Under the pieces are notes generated by a model that saw only the letters and a program-made list of their open reading frames with translations, made no database searches and was not told the DNA's origin. 64,000 bases of DNA from Eimeria praecox (Eukaryota): NCBI GenBank assembly GCA_963920595.1, contig OY986950.1, positions 3,534,001 through 3,598,000 on the forward strand, given 5' to 3'. Within the stretch, counting starts at the first letter, position 1. The number at the start of each line of letters is the position of its first letter. Below are positions 18,905 through 30,890 of the stretch, piece by piece. A program made the translations under genes and the position numbers.

Positions 18905-20777
18905 AATGGTTCAAAAGCTGTATTATTTGTTGAGTTCTAAGAACAAGCGTAACAACCAATTCATAAGACATGCAGAGGAACTAGAATGGAAGGCAGCGTC
19001 AGCGCAGCCTCAAACCGACAACGGGGAGACGATACGCCTGCGGAGGAGAGCCCATGAATGTCCTCGAAAAAAGCAAAGGAGGAAAAAACAATACACGGTT
19101 CAAATCAATCGGTGGGAAATACATCGCATACACCAGAAAGTGAAAATTTCAAAGTCGCAGCAGGGGTGATGTCCTTGTGTGCGCGGGAAGGTGCTACAAC
19201 GAAAACGAGGGAACGAACAACTGCAATTTATCTTATCTGGAATTACTTATCGATGAAAATAATTTTAAAAACTCCATCTTGCAACAACTGTCTTCGATTT
19301 CGATCGATTTAGGGTTATCTCCCCTCTGCATGCAGCGTGCGGCGGCACCTCAACACGAGCTATGTTTGAAACACCGTGAGAGCAAGGACAAGCAAAGCCA
19401 TTGAAATCCTCCTGTAATTACTTTCTCTCTTGTATAAAATTCTATTTAAATCTATTTGTCTGGTACTGGCAGCCTCAATTAGCCCTCCTCTGCTCTTTTA
19501 AGCTCGTCTCGCCTCGCACGGGTGGCAGTGGTCCATCCACTCTTCGTGTTGAGGCGAAAACCGCGAAAATACGAAACTCTTCTTATTTACATTGTATTAA
19601 TATAAATATAAGCACAAAATACTAATCGGATTACTGGGGCATAAATGAGGATCTCGTTCATGGCCTTTCATTGCTGCTCTGTTTCACGGAAGTCTGGTCT
19701 CCCTGAAGTTGGTGTTTTGTGTTTACATAAACATAACTTGTAGATTATCTATTCGAGGCAAAAGAAGGGTTGAACAAGTACCTAGGGTGTATATGCAGGA
19801 GTGCAAAGCAAGGTTGTTGGGCCGTAGATTGCCTGTGCATGGCTGCCTCCCGCCAGGGAAGACGAAGCGCTGGAGAGAATGTGTATACTTTTCCTTGTCC
19901 GCCCCTACACCTTAACTAACCCCAGATGAATGAGCCACCGATTGCTTAGGATATATAAAGAATATATGGAGGGTAATCAGCTACTTCGGGGGGAATATCT
20001 CCATTTGAAAAGAATTTGCCTCCCCTTGCACCTAACGGAAGCACCCCGATGTCCACGGAATGGAAATTGAATTCAAAACAAACAGAACGCGAGCCAAAAT
20101 CGAAAGAAATAATCCAGACAGCCAACAAACGTAACATTTGAAAACTAAAACACAATATATAAATCATATATATTGTATCCAACAGGCATATAATAACACA
20201 AATGCTGTGCCGTCCCTCGCACGCGCAGCCCCACTTGTTGAAATGCTTGTTTCTATGTATTTCTTCTCGGTGGGTTTTACTAAAGTCCTCGGTATACATA
20301 TAGCCTGCCTCTTCCATATGCAAACAGACTGACCTAAATACCGTCAAACAGCCCCTTAAGCCTATTTCTAAGGAAAACTGTATGCATTTGTCTGCCTCGA
20401 TTCAAACAAATGCATGCAGGTTTAGTAGACAGCAGCAATCCACCACCTATCTAATTTAGTGGTCTGTCGCCTCAAGCCCCTAAACCTTAAATAGGTTACT
20501 TTATCGCTAACTATGCTAAAATTATATGCTGACAGAAAAGCCCTAGAAACGCATCTAGAGAGAGGCTGCACTACATTGAACCCTTCATGGTTTCTCCATC
20601 TTTTTCTGTAATGCATTCGTAATATGGCGTATGCTTATACTACGTAGATTCTGTTGAAAGTTGAGATACAATGAATTAAACTGCTGCGACAGCAAAGGTT
20701 ATGGTTCTCATTGGAGGTTCTGCTGCAGCTTCCTCCGCCAAAAAAGTGGCTTGTGGCATCAGAATTTTTTCATGAAT

Positions 20778-21329
20778 TTACTTTGAGAAGCTCAATATCT
20801 TCTTCTCATGCATCAATCGATTCATGCATGCATCGCTTTCCCCCCGCTGTCGGACTGCACCGCTCAGAGCGATCGTCGTGTATTCGCCGGTGTATCGGCC
20901 GCTCTCATCTACCTGTTAAACCAGCGAAACGCAAGGGAAATAAGCAACAAATAATAAGAATAAACAAAGAGAAACAAACACTCGAATGCGATCGGCAGCT
21001 CAGCACAACAGCCAGAGGCAGCGGAGCCAAGACCCAAAAACCTGTTTCACCGCCTGATGCACCTATTATCCTTCACTTATAAACAAGTAATGACTACCAC
21101 ACAATTAATTAATTGCTACAACTACGAAGTTCATCGTGTAGACCATAAAAACATATACAAAGTATAAAAATGCACAGATCCAGAAGCAAATATATGCGGC
21201 TAGAGTATACTTTACCATTCCGATGTTGATCTGAACAGATCCGTGTTCCTTCGCCGGGATCAAGCGAGAAGTGGCGGAGCACTTCCTGGGGACATACAAA
21301 TCTACTACACGGCCCTCGTCGTTCTCCAT
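20778..21329 (-). CDS. RPS21: 40S ribosomal protein S21 (eS21); exons 21329-21216 and 20912-20778
   Basis: [82 protein letters not shown], 82 aa, with a GT-AG intron. Confidence 0.97.
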
Positions 21330-23178
21330 CCTGAAAAGTATAAACAGCAAATAAAAGAAAAAATTAAAAGTGTCATACGATAAACAGCAAAGATAATGCA
21401 GGAAGCAGCACAAATACAAGAGAAAAAGAGCAGACGCTGTGTGAAACACCATACAAATCATACGTAAAACGAACGCCAATGAGAGCCCAAAGAGATTAAC
21501 AGCAAAGAAATCAGAACAGCGAGAAAGGCTAAATCGACACAAAATCCTAAAAGGGGGAAATGAACGAAACAAATGCAGATCCACGCATCTGTCGGAAAGC
21601 CTTTCATAACAGAGCAATCCAGCATGCATGCAAAGAAACAAAGAAAGGAACAAACACACCAAATAACGTACAAACGAACGAAGAAACAAAAGAAATCAGA
21701 AGAAAAAGAACAGATACTGCGACAAACAAAACCGCGATATTACTAAAGAGAACAACGAAGTGCAATTCCGCAGGGATGGCATAGAATTTGGTTTTCAGAG
21801 TATCACGCTGCAGCTTTTGTATTTCTATCTGCAATTATCTGAAGATAAGCGAGAAGGAAGGATAGTAATTCAATTTATCATCATCATCATCATCACCACA
21901 AACCAAGGCTTCCCCGTCTCCCCAGCGGGGAGTGCGAAGGTCGCCAGCAGCACCTGGCACCGCTCTCCCAACAGTACACAGGAGTAAAAAGACCGAAAAT
22001 GTTTTAATTGTGTTATATTTTTACAGAAGCACCAGTCCTTCTATGAGCAACCGGCTGCATATAGAGCGGACAATTCGATGAAGGCGAGGGGATGGAGGAG
22101 GGTTTTCTCACTTCCTTTGCTGTTATGGAGGCGTTCCCAAGAAGAAAGTAAGAAAAGGAACAACAGAAAGGAAAAAATGTGAACGTTTATTCAATTCACC
22201 TGCGTATACACCTCAATTTCTGAAGTCCGTGAGGGCCTCCCCACAGCCCTAATCAGAAATGCGTGCGCGAGTTCCTTGGGGCTGGAAAAGAAGCAGTGCG
22301 GTGGCTTCTGGAGGGAATATATTTCATAGATCCCCTTTTGCTATTCGTATTATTATAAAAGGTTAATTTGCATTACAAAACAGTTTGAAATGATGCCATT
22401 TTGATATTTAAACACGAAGGAGCAATTCCCTTTCTCGGGTGCTGCGTGGGTCGGCTGCTGCAGCTAGCGGTCGGCTGCCATGCAATGCCTAGCGAAATAG
22501 AAGCATTTTGGGGTTGTCTGTCCTTTTTATTTGCTGCTTTTTGTTATTTGTGGTTCATTTCCCCCCCATAGAAGCCTTCCATTTCCTTCTGGGCCCTCCA
22601 ATCGCAGCCTTTCCCGCAGCAACGGCACCAGCTCGCTGGTTGAGTGGTGTTTGTCTGGAATTGTTCAGCTTTTCATTTTGCTTTTTCTCCTTTCCCATCT
22701 AATCCGCTCGTGTATACTTCTTTTTCAGTTTGAGCAGCTGACTGAGGCCAGTGGCGCCGACTGCCGCAGCAACGCTGTTCCTTTCATATCCCTCACCTTC
22801 CCTAGGTTCCTTCTTTAGTTTGTTCTAAAACATTCATCTGGACGTCGGTGGGTCTTTTGTGTGTTCTACTGATAACTCGAACGCTGCAGCAAGCAGAAAG
22901 AATGGCTCTCTGGGCTCAATACAAATAATCCCTTCATCCGTTTTCGTGTTCGCCGAAGCAGCAGAAGCAGCATGGGAGCCGCGCGCTGCTGCTGCTGTGT
23001 ATGGTAGAGGAGTGCATGCATCAGTTTCTTTCTGTTTTGTTTGTTTGTCTTCCGCGTCTCAGTGTGTGTATGCTGTGAATATACAATTTAAGGTTGTTTT
23101 TCTGTGTGTTTTTTTCTTCTCATGTTGCAGCACCAGTAATTTAGCTGTCTCCTCTCTTCTTGGGAGGCTGTAGAGAGG

Positions 23179-24004
23179 ATGAAGCTTCTCTCCTTAAGCC
23201 CTTCGTTGGCTCACGCCGTCTTCTTCTGCTGCTTAGCGAGCGATGTCTCCCAGGTTTTTGGATTAGCAGACGGTATAGGCAGCAGCAACAGCAGCAACGG
23301 CAACAGCAGCACCGAGCAGGGAGTGTTTCTGCCCTTCGGTCGCCAAATTCCCGTCAGTACTTCGGAGCAAACAGTCCGACCTCAGCCAGTTGTTGAATTC
23401 ATTGAAGTTGACTTCGATGGCCCATCAGCATCAGCAGCAGCAGCAGCAGCAGCAGTGGAGCCTGGCGTTGTTCGACAGACAGGGAATATACAGGAAGAGG
23501 CAGCGTCTGAGAGCTCGTTTTTCAGCAGCTTCAACGAATTTGAGTCTCCGGCAATCGCCTTCTCGAGGAAAGCGGGGAGTACGTAGTCTGCTTCTGAGAT
23601 GTCCCTCCATTCAAAGGCTCCCCTGTGTGTGCGTGTGTGTCTATTTCCGTATGTTTATGGCTTTTTCTTTCCCTTGATTGCTTTCTTCGTATGCTTGTAT
23701 TTTCTCCTTATTTGTACCGTTAGTTTTCCCCATATGTTTGTATTTTCTTCCTTCTCTGATTGATTGTATTATCTGCTTGCCGTTGTTTGTCTTTTTTCTC
23801 TTAGTTGTTTCCACAGGCCCCGGGAGTTCGTCTTTTCCCTTTTTAGATTTCTTTGGCGCACAGTGGGATGACGATTTTCCAGTAGAAGCTGACAGTAGTG
23901 AAGAAGAGGAGCAGCCGTATTTGTACTCGGGGTTGTTAAATAGTGTATCTTCTTCTTCGGGCGAAACCTTATCTCGGTCGTTGAGGCGTAAAGGTGGAGT
24001 GTAG
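23179..24004 (+). CDS. Hypothetical secreted acidic protein; probable exons 23179-23578 and 23817-24004
   Basis: Signal-peptide-like N-terminus (MKLLSLSPSLAHAVFFCCLA). A GTACGT donor and a pyrimidine-rich CAG acceptor join two ORFs in frame. Confidence 0.5.
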
Positions 24005-27000
24005 AATATCATCTAACACACCACATAATTAATTGCTTACGGAGGGTTGGAACCGGTGCATTCTGCAGTGTGCATACACCTCAACCCTTTGAAAAGGGTT
24101 GAGACAACTGCTGGGACCCCGTCTGTCTTCATTTTTAGGAAGATATGTACTTATATTTAAAGCGCTTGCAGCCTAGAAGGATAGCTGCACTTTGTTTAAT
24201 ATGTTGCGTGGAAGTGCACGCAGAAGACCTTCTTTTATTTGTATTTAATAATTTCTTCGTCATTCCAACCAAAACAATTAGAAGAAAAGCTATGATCAAG
24301 AGATTAGCGGACACGTCCTGCATTCAGTTGCTGCACGCCAGTGGCTGAAACTGCCAACTAGCGTGGACGCTGTGACCTTCTAATAGAATCGATAATAAAA
24401 GCAGTGACTACACTATGGCTAACAGCACAGTTTCAAGCTTAGTAGTTGGAAATACATTGGGACTTGGCAGGCAAGTAATGCTGGCTATCAATTATTCAGA
24501 AGCTGTCCTTCATATGGCTTTAGGAGCATCAGTTTCATGCGGAAACATCCCTTATCATTTACCAGTTTTGTATTAAACCGACGTTTTTTCTCCTCGGAGC
24601 TCAATGCAGTTGTGTATGGATAAAGACAAAAGAGACACATGTGCAATAGCTGAATGCAGAATGCATGTCTCTACATATCATGAGGCATAGGTTGCATGAG
24701 GGTTACGGCGGGCATTATTGCTCATCGTACCGCATTGCTTTTGTGTGCTAATTATTGACGGGAAATGCATCTTGTTCCGGTTTCTATTGAGTCTACTTGA
24801 GCCTGAGTTGACCATCAAGAAGCTCAGCACATTATATTGCGCAAAGAAAGAAGAATTCAACCATCCATTGATAGATACACAGGAGGATACTGTGACTCTT
24901 TTCTAGTTTAGGCTGCAGCTATGATTTCATTGTGAAAGCTGTTGTGTTTTCATTGCAAAGCTTTCACTTCTGATCGACCTGTTCTGATGGGCGTGCATAT
25001 TAGAATATTATTAAACTTTGTTATTAAACATTGTTATTGAACAGGATAGAATTCGGGATGCAATATTTGATGGTCAGCAAAATAGGATTGCTATATGAAT
25101 TGCTTGCCAAAATGGTAGAACACCCTGCCAGGGAAAATACAACTGAAATAGACGCAAGCTTAGGGATTTGTAGTTTATAGGCAAGCCTCCCACGTAGTAA
25201 CTCCCGAAGTTGGGAGCTTTGTGTTATTGTAGCGCCTGACGAGTTAGATTTTAGGAGTCATGTCTAACTCGTGGAAAGACACTTTGTGTTGTGTTCCATC
25301 AAACTTGCTAGTAGCGCAAACGAGAGGATAACCTTGTGGCACATAAAGCGGTGGGCAATCGCATCACCAGAAGCAGGCAGTCTTCCCTATCCTTATGCTT
25401 ATACATGCCAAACCTGATGTCATCACTATAGTGATTTTCGCATACCATGATAATTGTTGGTGATATAACCGCGGGTTTGCCGGACCTTTTTACTGCTGGG
25501 GTAGCCGCCTGCAACGATTAGCCTAAACAACTACAGGAAGAAGGAATGCCTAGAATGAAAATAATTGCACTCGTTCACACCATGTTGGCTTCGGTTCCGG
25601 AAGCTTCCATAAAGGGAGGGAAATATCAGGCGGAAGATAGAACATATTGATGCATATCCGGTGCATGAGGCATGCATGCTAAACTAAAAGAAAGAACAAA
25701 CACAGGATCCGCTGAAACAGCTGTCGCAGAGCCACCGCCTTCATGTGCAAAATTTGGACAACGAAAGGTGGCGCTAATCCAGCCGAAGCAAATCCTGAAG
25801 CTGTTAAGAAGCAAGAAACAATGGCATCTTCAAAAACACAAATAAGTTTTTTACTTTTATACTCGTTTCTACCCCAACTCATGTATGACGTGTTCCTTCA
25901 TTGCTGGCTGGTACTCGTCAGACACGTGCCGAGGCAGGCCATGTGCGCTGTCCTTGCTGTTTAGGTGAAGCGGAAAGGAACGGTATGTTCTAGCGGTGCG
26001 CTAAGCGTTGGTGCTGTTCTTTGCACCTAGAGTTGCGCTTACGCGGTAATCCAAACTGCAGGTGCTGTTGCTTGTGCATAGCCTCCAATTAGTGCAGTAG
26101 CACGTGCGTTTAGGGCACTATGCAGCTAGTGCAATAACAGATGAGCTTCTGTTATTGTCCGGTTTCATTTACCTACCATCACCATTGTCATGTGTTGCTG
26201 ATAAATCTGCATTCTTCTCCCTTCGCAGCACTGTAGATAGGCCATCAGTTTACTTCATTCTGACCTGTGAACCTTGATGTTATTCAATCCTACCAATATG
26301 CCTTCATTCGGCGTAATAAAACACCTTATTATATCGAAGAGTCGCGTTCCATCAGCGACAACATTTTGTTTCTGATGGAAGCCAAGTCTTCCTTACAGTA
26401 TCGTGATGGTTGCAGAAGAACAGCTCATGAGTACTGCACCTTCAGCATGCTTCTCCTTAGAGTAATATCACTTTCAGCTACTCCTGCTGCAGAGCGCAAC
26501 AACTTTCGCAACTTACTTTCAGGCCACAGGATGACTCATTAGCCCTTCTTGGTGCCAACACCACCTCTCTAAGTGGCACTATCGTAGAGTTGCCATCAGT
26601 CTCCCGCCCCCTACGTAGTAATGTGTTGTGAAAATATACCCTTACAGCCGATTGGTATGCTTCCATGCCTAATTTTATTCCGTTCCTACTTATACTAACA
26701 AGCGACGTTTGCCTTGCAATGACGAGTCGTCTTGTTGCGCGTCTGCGTTAGTACATGGATGCCGCCTAGCCAAAAGCGATGTAACTACATACGATTCTAG
26801 AAGAAGCAGCTTCAAACAGAATGCATTATCTAACAACGTCTTCACATGATTCCCACGGTTCACCCTATTCCCAGTCAGTACTGCCATCCCTGTCTACCTA
26901 CTCCGTTGGCTCATGCTGTATCAAGACGGGTATCAGCGATAAACAATGGCGCACAAAAGCATGAACGCCCTCCAGCGCTCGCCATCTGGCGTCGTCAATG

Positions 27001-30000
27001 CACTCAGGCTGCCGCAAGGCAGAGCTAATCTAGTAAGGCTGCTTGAATACCCCAGGGCGGCAGCGTATTTGTAGGCAAAGACAGCTCTAAGCAAGGTTTA
27101 TGGAAAAAAGCGGGGGAAACAAACGTTTGTGCTGCTGTGTTGAAGCTGCGTTTTAATACCGTAAGTAAACAGGAAGTGAAGGCAGCTACGGCTGCTCTGC
27201 TGGACACTGAAGCGCTTTCTGGTCCGGCAGCGCTTTGAATAGAATCATAGGCAACAACAACAATCATCAGCATGCAGTATGCATAGCGGTTCAGCAGGTG
27301 CATGGATTTCCCAAGCGGGTTTTGCCAAGTGTCATTTCCCAAACTAAAGCGAAGTTGAACTGGTCTTTGCAATCTTCTTGCTGCAACAAAGCATCATTCG
27401 GGATATAACCACCCACTGAGCATTGAATCATCTAAACCTGCATGATTTAGCATGCATCGGACCAAAACTGGTGCGCGATGGTGTCAGTTCCAGCTCATCT
27501 TATCCACAAGCGGAAAACGGCTCCAAGGAATACCTGGTATTCGCAATCTTTCGAACCAGTCAAACGCATGCCACGTCAGCATGCCCTTGTGCAAAATCCT
27601 AATGCACAAATAACCTGTCCAACGGCACCTCATACAATTTAATCGCCCACCGCTCAGCTTGCCTGTTCCTGTCACGGGAAAACACAATAAAACAGCCGCC
27701 AATACCACACAGCTTCGTTTCATATTATCTACACGCACCTTCTGTCAAAGAGAACGGACTACGGCCGCGGTCTGTCATAATTGGCAGTTGCTCCGTTCTG
27801 CCCTTCCATCTAGCACATTTTGAAAGCAAAAGGAGATAGTGGAAGCTTAGCTTTAAGCATTCCGTCACTTGTCCCAACACCTGCAGCGGGAGCGAACGAA
27901 CAAAGGTGGCGGCAGTAATAGCAAAGTAATGCTGATTTCTTTGAGCGTAAAGCCCTTTTGTTTGCACGTCAGTGACAAGAGCAGGAGGCACAGTAGCTAC
28001 TGCTTCACCAAGGGGGCTGCTGTTCTGTAGGGATCAGCAGCTGACCCAATATATTCCAGGATACTAGAGCTCTGGAGATTATGGAGCAAATGGTGTCAAC
28101 GGGCGGCCCCTACTCGGTGTCCGCACCTGTTGTTATTCCTGCTGCACCTGGCACCGGTGGTGTTGCTGCAGCCGCTACTGCAGCTGCTGTCACTGGTGGA
28201 CTTGCCTTAACGATTGCACCCGTTATTTGATTGCTTGTATCCCCTGTGCACATCTCTAGATTGTACAGGCAAAACCTTTTGGCTACTTGCAGGGGGTTTA
28301 GGCTACTCTCTCAAAGATGTCAACGGAAACACCTCACGCCGTAACTGCATTGCTGCGGCCTCTCATCTACCATAGCAATAACAGTAAAACAAGACAAAAC
28401 CGTAATATGTTGTGTGTGGAGCTACAGGTCGCTGGCTGCCTGCTACTTCCGCAACTCGCAACGACTGCTACTCTTGCTGCGAACTGCTACTACTGCTGAG
28501 AGTAGCAACAATAATATAGGCATGAAGAACAGCAGCAGGAAGAGCAACAGCGGCAGCAGCACCACCGGATTTTCCGTACTGCGGGAAGGGAACTAAGATG
28601 GGGGCATCAATTCGTTCCCACCCCCCAATTTGAGCCCTTTTCAAGACTATTTCAGCGATACCTGCAACAATAGCTGCAACTTAGAGGAAACGCGCGGCAA
28701 GAGAGGAAATGGCAACAGAAGCATCTATTTTGTGAGTCTCTTTAGACAGGCCGGAAAAGTAGCGCATATCCTGGCAGCGTTGTGAGCTCGAAAGAATGTG
28801 AATGGACCCACTGAGGCAACCGGTGCACCAGCACAGTATCAGAGCCACCAGCAGCACGCAGTACAGAGGGGGAACGGAAACCACTCGAGCAGCAGCAGCC
28901 GCCATACCAACAGCAGCAGCGCCCGCAGCGGCCGCAACAGCCACAACAGGAACACCAGCATACCGGTGGTCCTGCTGCCACACCGGCAGCACGCAAACAA
29001 CAGGCGCTTTACTTCTCACATGCGCCCACACGTGTTGACTTTTTCATGCTCTGACACTCCACAGCAACGACGAAAGCAACGACAAAAGCGGAAGCAGCAA
29101 GAGTAAAGAAGAACTGAGGCGTATTACGTCGTGTGTGGCAAAAACGCCGTTAGCCGGCTGCTAGACCCGCAGCCCGTCCCTGCTGCTAGACCCGCAGCCC
29201 GCACCTGCTGCTGCTCTTGCTGCAAACTGGTACTACTGCTGAGAGCAGGAACAGGAATATAATGCTGTTCTGAAACCTAAAGAACGGCAGCAGCAACAGC
29301 AGCATCGGCTGCAGCGGCCACCGAATGAGGGGGGCACTATACCGTCCCCACGCGGTAGTTCTGCTGTGAAAGTCCATATATTAAGGCTATTGACACAGTT
29401 GCATGAGTAAATATAATTTGTTCCTTCTCGTGCTAACACAGGAGAGTTTACCATATATGGCAGTGTGTCAGGGAAATTAATTAAATGAGGCATATAAGCA
29501 TATCAACTGGCCGCGAGTTTATTAGCTCGGCTACTTCATCTAGAAGGGTTTAAAAGCAAGCAATGTTAGTAGAAGCTTAAAACTTAGCACGTCTTCACTC
29601 TTCGCAACATCAACAACAAAAGCATATCGGCAAGGACAGCGGCAGCAACGTTAAGCAATTTGTACGTATTGGCCCCCTCCCTCACTATCCTGCCTGCTGG
29701 CGCCGGTCTTTTTGCTGTTTGTGTTTCGGCAGCAGCAGAGAGACTGGCTGTCTGTATAGGCAATGCTTCGAAGGACCTCAGCGGAGACAATTTAGGCCGT
29801 TGCTGCGGGGGTCAGCTCTATCCTCTAGCATTATGGGCAAGCGTTGCCCCGTTTTGCCATCACCTGCTACAGCAATAAAGGCAACAATAATGGCATTACC
29901 GAGAGTAGAAGAGGAAGCAACAGCAACAGCCACAGCAGAAAAATCTACAATAGCGGCATTAGCAACCACAGCAATGGCAGCAGCAGCTCTAGCAGCAGGA

Positions 30001-30010
30001 GAAGCTACCA

Positions 30011-30193
30011 TGGAGAAGCTGGTCATGCGTTGTGTGTATGCATGCCAGTTGATGAGTTTCGGGATGGCATTCGTAAGGTCGTTAAAAAGCTTTAGCTATT
30101 GGCCTCCCGAGTTTGTGTTATGTGCGCTGATGAGGTTTGGTATGGCATTGTATTACGGTCGTCAAAAGACTGGTCATGATGGTGTATGCGTGC

Positions 30194-30272
<79 letters not shown>

Positions 30273-30890
30273 ATGTATGCAAGATGAATTTTTGGATGAA
30301 TTTTTGGATGGCATTCTTCAGGTCGTCAAAAGACTGGTCATGATGCGTTTGTGTGTATGCAAGCTGATGGGTTTTGGGATGGCATACTTAATGCCGTCCC
30401 AAGGGTAGTCACATTGTATCTCTGCACGAGATTGGATGGGTGCGTGAGTCTTTACATAATTTAGATGAGGCATGGAGAGAGGCTAGTTGCCCGTTGGATT
30501 CAGTCCGCCTGGGCCGAAATCGTTAAATCCCAGCAAGCTCCAGACTGCACGATTGTTTGGGGGGCTTGAAGCTTGCTTGGTTCCTAGTACTTTATAAACT
30601 GGCAACCCGAGTTTATGTTATGCGCGCTGATGAGTTTTGGCATGGCATTCTATTACGGTCGTCAAACGACTGGTCATGATGGTGTGGCTGTGTGGGATGG
30701 TGTGATGGGCATTGTGTGTTGTCCGTTTTACTGAGATGATATGAATACTTGCATTGCATTCTTAAGGTCTTCAAAAGGCACGCCATGAGGATGGTGTGAT
30801 GAGTGTTGCGTGTTGTCCGTTTTACTGAGATGATATGAATATTTGTATAGAGCATTCTTAAGGTCTTCAAAAGGCACGTCATGAGGATGG
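30011..30890 (+). repeat. Degenerate satellite with core ATGGCATTCTTAAGGTCGTCAAAAGACTGGTCATG (units at about 30066, 30144, 30310, 30381, 30644, 30755, 30853) and an embedded (TG)n
   Basis: Recurrent core read directly, with a spacing of about 70-110 nt. Also present at 35095-35580 (-), 37828-38375 (+), 58445-59314 (+) and 63520-64000 (-). Confidence 0.9.

Noticed and set aside
29157..29212. 25-bp tandem duplication GCTGCTAGACCCGCAGCCCG(T/C)
   Set aside because: A two-copy local slippage with no further structure.
30011..30890. CRISPR-like array
   Set aside because: Eukaryotic context, degenerate repeats, spacers related to one another, and no cas genes.
30728..30890. C-terminal HHPHDVPFEDLKNA repeats as a real protein domain
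   Set aside because: They are the translation of satellite DNA past the truncation point.
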